Below the pieces are notes generated by a model. It made no database searches. It saw only the letters and a program-made list of their open reading frames with translations, and was not told the origin of the DNA. The translations under genes and the position numbers were made by a program. Source: Adineta vaga (taxonomy: Eukaryota; Animalia; Rotifera). Taken from it: 64,000 bases of DNA. Positions 24,398-36,727 of the stretch are shown in pieces. The stretch is taken from the NCBI GenBank assembly GCA_021613535.1, contig CP075493.1, forward strand, positions 9,920,001 to 9,984,000, given 5' to 3'. The stretch's first letter is position 1, and every line of letters begins with the position of its first letter.

Positions 24398-26374
24398 ATG
24401 TCGAAAATGAATAATTCTAGATCTTTGTCTTCTCAAAAGTAAAGATTACTTGATACATTTCTTATCTTGTAGATTAATTTATGATATATTTCGTATATAT
24501 CTTTTTTCTATATATGGCAGTAGGTATTCTTCAGTGAAAAATGGCATCATCGTACTTGATTTCTACATTCAGAATTGTTCAACAAACACGGGGTATAATG
24601 TGAAAGATATCGATTTGTTCAATCGAAGATATATTTGTTTGAATTGTCGACTGATTCTCAAAGATCCTGTTCAACTCAACTGTGGTCATCGTATTTGTTT
24701 CGTATGTATTCTAACAAATGAAATGTAAGAATTTGATATCGTTCATTCTCAATTTTATATACTTGAGTAAATATTTGTCTTGCATTTAAGCAATATTCAA
24801 TGTCCTGAATGTTTGGAAACGACGTTGAGTTCACAGGTTGTTTCAGTCTCTTTTTATTTCTTTTATTCAATACATACTAGTTGCATTATATGAAAGATTC
24901 GACGCGATAAAGGTCATGGAAATGAAATGCAAACACTACTTGTTTCTTGCAGTTCATGTGAATGGTCAGGCCTTCTAAAAGATTATCAAGTACTTTGAAC
25001 ATCTTTCTGATTGACAAAAAATTGCAATAATTTTCTTTTCTTTGTTGAGATTCATCTTGAACAAACTCATGAACAGCACGATTGTTCATACTGTAAAGAA
25101 ACATTCACTTCCGTCGTAGCCCTCAATCAGCATCAGGAGCAAACCTGTCCAAATATACCAATGCACTGCATTCTTCAAGTCTATGGTTGCAAGGAGCAGG
25201 TATACGACACAAGAAACTCTAACAATTTACTATTATCTCATATAAATAGTTCTTACGTCTTCATGCGTTACAACACTATCATAGTGAAGTACATCAAAGA
25301 ACTCTTGTATTATGTGCGAAACAAATATTTGTCGATCTGTCTGAAAAAAGTCACTCCCTTGATAATTTTGATACGAACCCTGAGCGAGTAACAACTTCGA
25401 TGACCGATCGCAATAGGGATCAATGGAAATATATCAAAGACTTGACGCATGTTTTCGCTGATAGTCTTGAAGTGTTAAATGATGATATGCAAATGTTAAG
25501 TGACAAATCTTTACAACAATCACTATCAGTCGCAAAAACTAGTCAGCACTTACAAGTCTTGAAAACATCATGTGAAGAATCAAATGCTATGATAAACGTT
25601 CATGCTACTGATATGAAGATTCTCAAACAGGTGAATTCTACTTTGAAACAAACAATTACAGAATATCAGTTAGCCTCTTACGATGGTACATTTACATGGA
25701 GAATAACTGATGTTCGTCAAAAAATGAGTAAATATATGTTCATCTTTACGATGGAAATATCTTCATAGCATGTATATTTAGTTGATGCTCAGTCTGAAAA
25801 TCAAGTTTCAATCTATTCACCACCTTTTTATTCTTCACCAACAGGATATAAGACATGTACTCGTCTCTATCTAAACGGTGACGGAAATGCGCGCCGTACG
25901 CACATGTCAGTTTTCTTTGTTCTAATGCGTGGTATTTATGATACTTTACTTCCTTTCCCATTTAAGTACAAAGTAACGTTCTGTTTGTATGACCAAACAG
26001 GTCAACAACAACATATCATCGATTCGTTTCGTCCTGATGAACGATCAAATAGTTTTCAACGACCAAATTCTGATATGAATATTGCAAGTGGAATACCCAA
26101 GTTTGTGCCATTAGCCATTCTCGAACAAGCGAATAGTCCATATATCAAAGATGATACCATGTTCATTAGAATATGGATTGATTTTGGAAATTTACCAAAA
26201 ACGATACTGCCTTATATGATGAATTTAAATCCGGGATTACCTGTATTTCTTCAACAAAAGTTGATACATCAAGAGCTAGAATGTCGTAAAAATGTAAATA
26301 AATCAAAGGACACAGCTGCAATTGGCAACAATCATCAACAGCAAGTCAATAATAATACAACGATGGAAGAATAA
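24398..26374 (+). CDS. TNF-receptor-associated factor (TRAF2/3-like): RING, TRAF zinc fingers, coiled coil, MATH
   Basis: CLNCRLILKDPVQLNCGHRICFVC...CPEC, CSSCEWSGLLKDY, SYDGTFTWRITDV, SIYSPPFYSSPTGYKTCTRLYLNGDG, DSFRPD..SNSFQRP..MNIASGIPKF. Exons join in frame. Confidence 0.93.
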
Positions 26375-26573
26375 CAAAAATCAGTTTAAAAAACACACCC
26401 ATTCATGATCACTTCGATTTCTTCATATCTATTCCTGAACCTTTTAATCAGTTATAAACAAGAAAAATAAATCTGTCTATACAATGTGTACCTAATCAGA
26501 TACTACAAAAATCACTTTTTATGACTCTAGATTTATTGATACTTTACAAAGAAATAGTTCTTCCATAATTCAA

Positions 26574-27131
26574 TTATTTTCGATTGAAATCAGGATGTCG
26601 AGAGATAAAATTGACGAATTCTTCTTGTGTAACATAACCACGATTTTGTGGATCGATCTGTTTCCAATAAAAATGTTCTTTACCAGCTGGTGAATCATTA
26701 TAATCGCACGCACGACGAAGAATTTGATGGCCATATTGTGCTGAAATCATTCCATCCATTTTGTTTTGTTTATGTGCGTTATTTTGACGAATAAGATATT
26801 CTAAACGATCATACTGTGGGATAGTATTATTGACTAAAACAATAACATTAAGAAATTCATCAAATGAAAGAGTATTCGTGTTATCACGATCAAATGTTCG
26901 AAAAATTCGGCTTGCTTGTTCTTTCATTCGTCCTGTATCATGCATTTGTATACCTGGAATTCGTGCATATAATTGAATAAAGTCTCCCATATGTAAAACA
27001 CCATCACGACCAGCTGCTTGATTAAAATCTGTATACAAACGATCAATTTCACTACGTGATAAACCACTCGTTTGTGCTAACCGATCTAAATCCCATTCGG
27101 TATGTTTTACACGACTTGTACGAGATCCCAT
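26574..27131 (-). CDS. Intronless EF-hand protein, NCS/recoverin-like with probable N-myristoylation (paralog 1)
   Basis: True start probably MGSRTSR (ATG 27131). FDRDNTNTLSFDEF and IDPQNRGYVTQEEF EF-hands. TA-run TATA ~45 nt upstream. Confidence 0.85.
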   Translation of the reverse strand: MGSRTSRVKHTEWDLDRLAQTSGLSRSEIDRLYTDFNQAAGRDGVLHMGDFIQLYARIPGIQMHDTGRMKEQASRIFRTFDRDNTNTLSFDEFLNVIVLVNNTIPQYDRLEYLIRQNNAHKQNKMDGMISAQYGHQILRRACDYNDSPAGKEHFYWKQIDPQNRGYVTQEEFVNFISRHPDFNRK

Positions 27132-27591
27132 CGATATTATTTTTGTATAAGTGTCGAATATGAATACAGATGTATATATATATATACTCAAAAATAACTA
27201 TCAATCAAAGAAATGAAGTACATATAGGGAATGTTGAGGTAAACATTCATTACATGATGACGTTGAAGAATCTAAATATTTCAAGGTACACTATGGTAAT
27301 GTGTCATATATTTGCACATTACAACGTTATGATTAAGAAAAAATGATTTTCTTTCTTTCTATTTCAGGTAGATGTTTTTACGGTGCATATCGAAACATGA
27401 ATAATTGCACTTATGCAACTTTTAAAAAGTACTTCTATTACAAACTTCTCAATGAACAATTTATAATCAAATTTATGATATATATATATTTATTTATTTA
27501 TTTATTTATCTTAAATGCGAAATTAAACTACTGTTTATACAAATGGAATATTTTTAAAATAGAAAAACTAGTCTATAGAATTGTTGAGAAT

Positions 27592-28137
27592 TTATTGATA
27601 TCGTCGATTGTAAGCGTCTTGTTGAGAAATATATTGCATCAGCTCCTGTTGGGTGACATAACCACGATTTTGTTGATCAATCTGTTTCCAACATTGATGT
27701 TCAGTACCTTGTGGTAAACCGTAGTAATCATTGAGACGACGAAATACTTGATGACCATATTGTGCCGAAATACGTCCATCACCTCGTCCAGGATTATTTT
27801 GTTGAATAACATGTTGAATTCGATCACGACGAGGCATATTGTGATTGAGCATAGTTACTGCATTGAGAAATTCATCGAATGAAAGTGAACCTGTATTATC
27901 TCGATCGAATGATCGGAAGATACGATCGATTTGTTGTGGTGACACAGCATTTTGTCCACCAGCAAATTGTGAATAGACATTAGCAAACTCATTTCTATTG
28001 ATTACACCATCGCGTCCAGCTGCTTGAAAAAATTGTTGTTGAATTTGTTGAATTTGTTGAGCAGATAAACCAGTAGCTTGTTGAACTTGAGTTGTGTCCA
28101 TTTGATTGAATCCTACACGTCCTTGTCGTCCACCCAT
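27592..28137 (-). CDS. Intronless EF-hand protein, NCS/recoverin-like, Gln-rich (paralog 2)
   Basis: MGGRQG start; FDRDNTGSLSFDEF and IDQQNRGYVTQQEL. Colinear with the paralog at 26574-27131. TATATATAG ~75 nt upstream. Confidence 0.88.
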   Translation of the reverse strand: MGGRQGRVGFNQMDTTQVQQATGLSAQQIQQIQQQFFQAAGRDGVINRNEFANVYSQFAGGQNAVSPQQIDRIFRSFDRDNTGSLSFDEFLNAVTMLNHNMPRRDRIQHVIQQNNPGRGDGRISAQYGHQVFRRLNDYYGLPQGTEHQCWKQIDQQNRGYVTQQELMQYISQQDAYNRRYQ

Positions 28138-28699
28138 ATTTGAAGTTTAATAAATTGATGAAGAAAATATGTTTCGATTTTGAAATCTACAAACTTCTTC
28201 TCTCTGTGTCTATATATATGCGTCCATAACGCACTGGATTGAGGGCAGAAGCGTTGAAGCGTAAACAACAAAAATAAACTATCAATTTACGTCAGAGATA
28301 AATGATTTATGATAACGAAGACTCGATAATGAAAATATTCTTCGATTTTTACTCAAAAATCAGAACCAGGTTCTTTTAGCTCGTGTTTTTTACATGTGTC
28401 CATTCAAATCATTTATGAATAATTATATTCAATAACATAATCAACTAAATATGAAATTTATTTTGAAAATGAAATATTATATTTTGTAAGAATAATGATA
28501 TCAAGTGTTATTTTTTTCTTTGACTTTCACACTCATAATAATCAAATAAAAATAATTCAATCATCAACTTAGTCTTATTACTTTTCTTTTGAAAGAAGTG
28601 TTTTTATATCAAATGAATTTCACTGGTTTTACATAGCTTGTTGTAATCTATCATGTTATATTGATTTGCATGAAGATTTTTTGCTAGTTCTCTACTTGT

Positions 28700-30420
28700 C
28701 CACACGTCCATTTCCGTTCTATCTCATATTCATTCATCATTTTCTTTGTGTATAGCGCGAAAATGACGTTACTCTTCTGTTGCGCGTGTGCACATAGTCA
28801 AAGATCATATTCCTCAATATAACTTGCTCGTCATCGTTTCGCACACATGCCTGACTTTTGCCGTCATCTAGTCTCCGACAGAGAGAGAGAGAGAGCACAC
28901 ACACACGTAAAGTAAATACATCAACGAGAGCAGATGCGATACGGAAAAACCTATACGACTATACTCAACTTTTCCTCTTCGTCATTGTGTATGTGTGTAT
29001 ATGTGTGCGCTCTCTCGTTCGTTCCCGACGAACAACACTACAGCAGAATGGAAGATGCTACTTCTCTTACCGCCATCATTGGTCGTCAACTTTCCGAGCG
29101 CGAGACATACATACTTTTTTCTATCCCGTCCGCTTTTTCGCCTCGTCTTCTTCTCTTCTCTTTCTTTTGTCGCTGTGGAGTATGTCTTGCTTTCCATAAT
29201 GTGTGTCGGAGCGCAATTAAACTCGAAAATATGCTGTTAAACTTTCCCATTCTGTTGAATAGTAACGTTCGTTCTGTTGTATTCTTAGAGTTAATCTTTC
29301 TACATCCTATCGTTTCTATTCCGATCTGTGGATGATGAAAATATAATGGTGAACTCTTATCTTTTCTTCTTCTTCTTCTTCTTCTTTTTATTATTTCTAT
29401 CGCAACGTAACCTAAATCTAATGTTGCACAGCGTCCGTTCTTTTCCTTATTCGCAACGTTTCGTAGCAGGAGCATATGTAAGCAAACGAGTAACGGGCGC
29501 ATGCGGTAGTTCAAGAAAAGAGAATATACAAAGATAGCCGTTGTGCGTGTGTGCATTTTTTGTACATATTCTACATCTTTAGATGACTTTGTTTCTCTTT
29601 TTCTTATTCGAGAATATATATATATATATATTCTGTTAGTTGGTTGCCCTCCTTTTCTCTTTCTCGCTTTCTCGCTCGCTCTCTTTTCCCTCACTATAAT
29701 CAACACTGAGAAAGCATAAAAGAGTTCGTGTGTGTTTTCCATTCGTTTTCGGCTTCCTATTTTTTTTCCTTCTCTTCTATCTTTCTACTCTTACTCGCAC
29801 TGATGGATGTTTGCAGACGCCAAATGCGCGCATATATATATATATTTATACAGAAAAAAGACTAAGGGTGAGGAAGACGAACACACACACACACACACAA
29901 TAAAAAAAGAAAGAATAGTGTTACTACTATTGAACACGATTTTTCTTTTCTTTCTACTTTTTTTGACTTGCGCTCGATGAAAAAAAAAAGTCGAATTGAG
30001 CACTTCGGAAGCAAACAGAAAAAAGTTCGTCGCGTTCTTTCTCTCTCTTTTCCTCTCTCCCTCTCCTTTCTGCACACATACCTTTTTTTCTGTCATTTAT
30101 TTCAGTGTGAAGAATAAAAAAAGGTAGTGAACTTCTCTACAAGCGACTTTTTTTCTGTATCAAAAGCAAGCAAAAGCGAAAGCAGGTAATAATGATAAAT
30201 AAAAAACGAATGGCGCCCTTTTTGAAAACAAGCTGTTGCCATCTGTTCAAATATATATATATATATATACTCTCTCTCTTTTCGTCTATCAATCATGTTC
30301 ACACTATTGGTATGAATATTGAAAATTTTCGGATGAGATATTTTATTTCTACGAAAAAAAGCATCTATGATCAATTAAAGGTTGAATATTAATGATTGTT
30401 TTCTTTTTTTAGCCATTTTC
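28700..30420. other. Microsatellite-rich, CpG-richer noncoding region (promoter/5' UTR/first introns of the HTH gene)
   Basis: (GA)n(CA)n ~28878-28906, (TTC)n ~29364-29385, (TA)n and (CA)n runs. The ORFs here are low-complexity artefacts. Acceptor TTTTAG at 30412 precedes ATG 30428. Confidence 0.5.
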
Positions 30421-30427
30421 TATTTCG

Positions 30428-32578
30428 ATGAGTGAACAAAAAACAAGTACTTTCCATGCTCCACCACCATTAGGTTCAGTTGCAAATACATTAAGTAATC
30501 CACATCATCAGAAAATGGACTCAATTGATTATACTGCTGATGAAAGTATGATAGCTGTAAGTAAAATCAATCTTAGCATTCTTTTTGAATTTAATTTTCA
30601 AAATCATTTCAATAGGATTTTATGGCTGTTTTACCACAACTTGACCCAAACGATTCATCAGTAACAATTACTTCTCCAACATTAAAACTTAAAGGACAAT
30701 TGAATGAATCATCGAAAATTCTTGGAAAATTCGATGCATTTGCTGCTGCTATTCAACAACAACAACAACAGCAACAACAACAGAATGGTATTTCTCTCGC
30801 TTCAGCTCTTGTGAAAAAAGTTCAACAACAATTATTACCAGCAACAACAGTTGATCCATCATCACCACCATCGCAACCTTTAACTAATCAATTCGATTAT
30901 CAAAATAATAAACGAAAACGTAAAGTTGACCGTCCTTCTCAAAAACGTATTCGTGGTTCCTATAAACTTGTTTCACCTGAACAAAAAGTCATGATACATG
31001 AATATGCGGAAAAACATGGTGTCAAAGCAGCATCAAAATTATTTCAAGTCGCACCATCGACAATCGCCTCATGGTTATATCAAAAACCCAATGGTGAACG
31101 AACATCAGCCATACGAAATAAAGAAGCACATTCACGCATACTTGAATGGATTCAAACACGACAAGAGAATGGTGAACGTGTAAATAATCGTGATTTTCAT
31201 ACATACGCATTGGCAACAATGAGAGAATTAACCGGCAATCCGGATTTTGCTGCATCACGATCGTGGTGTTCGAATTTTTTGAAAAAATATAATATTCAAC
31301 TGGATAGGTAAGAGAAGAACACATACACGCACACAACGACTTTTTTCTTTGAAAAAGAAAAGGTCTATCTGAGAAAGCAGTGATCGATTGTTACATACAT
31401 ATGTGTATAAAATTTATTTTAAAAATAGAATGAATATCACTAATGTATTTTGAAAGATTTCTATTAACTATTTCTTCTTCAGTTTTATTTTGCATTTATG
31501 TTCTTTTTATTCAATTTCTTTTTCTAGCGAAAAACAAGCCGATTCAACATCGGCACAATTTCGATTTGATTCAATTGATGAAAATGCTAGTGGTAAGTGA
31601 TTCGACTTTCGTCAGCAATCCTTAACCCTATTAGAACGAATGTAGTCTATAGAATGATGTTCAATTTCTTTCTGAAAAGTTCGATTGAGTAGCATACAGT
31701 AACAATTATCTACGATTTAGAACTTTATTTCATTCTAAATGTTTTCTTTTTTCAGAAAGTTCTCAATGTTATACTGGTGGTGGTAGTCCACTTGATGAAG
31801 TCACTGATGACGAAGATAATGGTCCAAATCTTCATATTTCCAATGATGAAGAAAATCAAGAAAGTCCACCACGATTATCTACAAGTGACTATAATAACAA
31901 TCAACGAATGAATCCAAATCATTGTTTATCTCCTTCATTACAAATGAAAAATCTCAATGGACTTGATGATGTTTCAACAACAACAACAAATGTGATTAAA
32001 GTTGAGCAAGATAATGATTTTCATAGTTCATCACCATCATCATCAAATAAAATATCTCTGGGAGCAAATTTATCTGCATCATCATCGACAGCTAGTAAAC
32101 GTCTTACTGGTACATTAAATCGTTTATTACAGTCAGCTATTAATCGACCAAATGGACATCATTATAATCAACATGTTAATGGAATATCATCGTCACCATC
32201 GGCATCATCATCATCAGTTGTTGATACAACAGCAAAAGAACCAAAAATAAGTTTAGAAATGAATACACAAACAATTGAAAGTAAATTTTCATTTTCAACA
32301 TTTTTTTTTCACTCATATTTTTCTTTCTAGCATTTGTTCAACATTTTGATAGTTCATTCAATACGATGACATATTTTCAAGAAAAACTTCAACAATTACT
32401 TGTTTCTATTGCACGTAAGTTCATGTTACTTTCAAATTTTATCGATTGATTGATTAATTGATTTGCTTGTTTGTTTTCAGAGGAACGAGATAATTATCGA
32501 ACACTTTATCTCAAGGAACATGATCGTCGTTTAGCAGCTGAATTACGTTTAAAAGAGAATAACAATACCATAAGCTAG
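30428..32578 (+). CDS. Transcription factor with Brinker/psq-type HTH plus CENP-B-type HTH, polyQ tract and C-terminal coiled coil; 6 exons
   Basis: RGSYKLVSPEQKVMIHEYAEKHGVKAASKLFQVAPSTIASW and ILEWIQTRQENGERVN..F..YAL..DFAASRSWCSNFLKKY, with NLS KRKRK. Exons 30428-30556, 30616-31307, 31528-31592, 31756-32280, 32331-32414, 32481-32578. Confidence 0.8.
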
Positions 32579-33304
32579 TCAATCAAAAATTGCAATCGTT
32601 TGTTTTCTATTCCCTCCTTTATATATCTTTGTGCCAGACAAAAAACTGTGATCTTTTCTTCTTTTTTTCTTTCGCGAAATGAAAACCTTTAAAAGAGAAT
32701 TTGTTTTTCTTCTTTCGACGAAAACAGACTACAAATCAAAGTCAACACGTTTTTTTTGCAATAATCGTCATTTTCTTTTATCTGTGTGCTTTGTTTTATA
32801 GCAATGTTTTGTTTATGTGTGTGCCTTGTTTTCAGCAGTATAAATTTACTCACTTTTGTTGTGTTGTGTGTGATCTTTTTCTTTTTTTGCTACGATAACA
32901 TGTGTTTGTATATCTTGTTCTAGTCATTTTTTTCAGTTTTTAACAGGAAAAAAACAGAAGAACAAACCTGATTTAGTTTGATAGTGAAGTCTTATAAAAC
33001 AAACGTTTTCAGTATTAGCACGAGTTGATATAACGTGGGAATGTGAACATCTGTCTAGGATTAAATTTCAAACAACCAAATATTAATTCTACATAAGAAG
33101 AAAATTATTTCATCTCTTTTTCTTCTGTTGAATATATTTAATCATTTATCATCTGTGTATTTTCTTTTCTGTTCATAATAAAATAGAAATCGAATAATAA
33201 CAATAACAACAACAGCATCAGGAACAAAAAGAAAACAAAGAGAAACCAGTTTGAAAGTAACAAAAGAGAAAATTTCGAGAGAGCAAAACAAAGGAAGAGA
33301 TATT

Positions 33305-35756
33305 TCATGTTAAAACATGATCATAATCATCACTATTTAATAAGCGAGCCTTCTGTTCAATAGTTCTTGTATCAATATAGAGTCCATTTGATTCTGATTT
33401 CGAATTTGGTAAAAGTAAGCAAAACATTAGAGCAATTGTAGCAAGTAAAGCACCAAAAAGAAATGGTGGACCGGGAACATCACGAGTAAGCATGGTTAAA
33501 TACATTGGTTTTTCTAGAAGTCGAATACTTGTATGATTCAAACGAGACGATAGTGTTGTTGTTGATGCTGATGGAGCAGATTCATTTAAATTAACATTAA
33601 ATAGATAAAAAATGAAACCAAACAAAGCTGGGCCAAGACCATTACATAAACCACGTACACCATTAACCATACCTTGAACTAAACCTAAAATACACATGGA
33701 AATTTGTATAAATAAAACTTTATTCGGAGATATTTCTCTACCTTGTTGATCCTCTTTCGCATATACAGAGACAAATGCACTGATCGATGGATATGTCACC
33801 GATGATAATGCCGCTAGGCCACCTGCAAACCACATAACCCTAATGATAGAAAAACTTCTTGATTACTTTGAAGGAAATCTTTCTTGAACATACCAGTTCG
33901 ATGTAGCAACTCCATATGCTGCTAATTGTACAATTTGAAAAAATAAACCAACCATAATTGTTTCTTTTGAACCAAAATATCGTTGTAAGCAAGCTAATAA
34001 TGCTGTCTAAAATTTGTATAGATTCTTTTTAATAAAGACAAAAGATTTCCAATTTGATTTTTCTTCTTACTTGAGCAATACAGGAAAAAATTCCAACGAA
34101 AGCAATAAAATAAGCAATTTCATCTTCCGAAAAGCCAAGCAACTAAGAAAAACATTTCTAACAACTTTTGATCATATATAAACAAACTTACTAATCGTAG
34201 ATAAACAAAAAAACAGGAATATTGTCCGGCTTCTGTAATTAGATGAAATAATAAGAAAATAATGCTATTGATGAATTCCTACCAGGAAGATAAGATAGAA
34301 GAACAATAAGACATATTAGACATATAAAACGATCATGAGTAATATTTCGAAGAGCCTAGAAAAGAAAATTTTTCTTTCGAATGGATGCATATAAGAAAGT
34401 AAACAAAACGCACAGCAAATGGATCAATCTTATCCCATGAAATTTTTTGATCACTTCTCAGTCGTTCTGGTAAAGATTCTGGTACAACAAAAAAGATAAA
34501 TACTAGATCCAAAATAGCAACTGCCGTGCCTAAATCGAATCGAAATGATGAATATACAAGAGTAAAGAAAGAAATAGGAACATACCAAGTGCAATAACAA
34601 AATTTTCACTATATAATCTTGCTAAATGTGCACCAATAGCAGGACTTGTGATTAATGATGCAGCAAATGTAGCTGTTACTAAGCCTAAAGACAAAACAAA
34701 CTAAGCGTTGAATAATTTGATTTTCTACATACCATAAGCTGCACTTCGTGAATTCTCATCAGTAACATCCGCAACATATGAATAAACAACACTGAATGTA
34801 ACGGAAAAAAGGCCACTTATACTAATCAACGCAAAATACCACCTAAATATAAATAACAATTGAATATAAAATCTTCGAAAAGTGTGTCTTATCTACATTG
34901 GACTGATTTTCATCAATGGAATAGGACAACATGTAAAAAATACAGTAATCAATAAGAATGATTTTCTACCCCAGACATCTGAATAAGCACCAAGTAATGG
35001 TGAACTTAAAAATGTTAATAAACCTCTAAAAGAATGGTACAAGAAAGATAGCTTATCTGAACGATATGATTGTACATACTTTATTCCATGAATAACGCCA
35101 TTCATTAGAAAAGTATGAGTTGGAAATGTTTGATTGAGTGTCTAAATGATGTACACAGTTTAATTTTGTCTTTCTTAATTTCATGAGAAACTTTCTTACC
35201 GAAATAACTGGATTTGTTAACAGACCCCATGCAAAGAATTCGAGAAATATTACCACAAGACCATGATATACGCTCGGTTTTCCAAATCCGCGAGGCTAAA
35301 ATAGTAAAATGAAATAGATGAAGAATTCAAAAATTGAACAAAATTGGAAAAACAAAACCGAGATTTAGAAGAGAATAGATATACTTTGAATAATTTATAT
35401 TGTCTATTTTCGAATTTGACACGTTTATCTCCATCATCATTATCAGACGTTGGCGTTTTATCGACATCGGCAACATAATCTGTCATGGCCGATGACGAAA
35501 GACGCCGAAATTTATTGGAAACCACTATTGTTGCCAGTGAAATATTCGATTATTTACACTTATAAATACACTATTCAATCGAATGTTTTTTTTATATAAA
35601 AACAAAGAAGCGATCTAGGTCAAATTTCAAATCATATATATGCCCATCACATATATCAAACATGAATAAACAAAAGATGAAAAATCTTACCAGATTATGA
35701 CGAGTGATAAAATTATTAGGACTAGTTAAACGACGACGACTTTTGGTGACAATCAT
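33305..35756 (-). CDS. MFSD14: MFS transporter HIAT1/MFSD14 family
   Basis: GFGKPSVYHGLVVIFLEFFAWGLLT, PLLGAYSDVWGRKSFLL, SYVADVT, YLPEAGQYSCFFVYLRL, SSVTYPSISA, QGMVNGVRGLCNGLGPALFG, PGPPFLFGA. First exon 35756-35691. Confidence 0.92.
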
Positions 35757-36727
35757 GAATGAATTTAGATCAATGTAGGAAGAATTAAATAAGAATCTTT
35801 CATGTCAGTAATATATATATCATAGTCTAAGTCACACCTTCTTATTTTATTCTACTGAAAAAGAAAATTGCGTACGTGCACCACCTGATACTCAGTGCAA
35901 TGAAGCGATTTCCAAAGGAAAAAAAACGTTTTTTTTTGCAAGCAAATGCATGCTAACGGTATGATTCATCAAAGCTCGTTAGTCGGTTTGCTATTGGAGA
36001 ATTGATATATCGCTGCATAGAAAAAAATCTCATAGAGAGCGTTAGATTATATCATATCATATCATACATATTGTTTATATCGTCCTTCTATAAACATATT
36101 GAAATACTTACGATATTCTCTATCAATCAATTAACGGAAATATAATCTTATAATCGATTTATTTGAAGAAAAAAAAAGAAACAACAAATAAGAATCTTCT
36201 TTTTTTTTGCAATAACCAGGTGCTCGATTGATAGGTATCTTTTTCAAGTGCATTTAAGGACATGTGAATATATTCGGGAAAATGAGTCATGATTTTTTGT
36301 TTCGTAATATAAACAACAAAAATAATTAAAAACAGATCTTTTTTTTGGCAATATGAAAGAAAATAGTTCCAAGTAATTTTCGATGATACTTCTTTTTCAA
36401 AGTGAAAATCTATGATACGGTCATATTAACATCGTTAACTTATAACATAAGACATTAAACTTCAAATATTTTCATGCCTCATTGAATCTTTGCTTCTTTT
36501 TTTTCTTTTTTTCCTTTCTTGGGGTTTTCGCTCAAATTATGAGTGCTTTTTTCTTTTTTTCTCTCTCCAATACGTAAACGTAGAGAAAAAAGAAAAGTAA
36601 ACACAAATCAAGCCAACACACTGCTCGTATAAATAGAGCCAAACATCAAAATAATATATAATTATATTGTTACATTAAAAAAAACACGACAACATTTTGA
36701 ATTATTGAGAAATTCGTTTTTTTTGCA

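Noticed and set aside
28858-30392. Cluster of 70-218 aa ORFs on both strands
   Set aside because: Translations of microsatellites and poly-purine tracts with no domain or codon signal.
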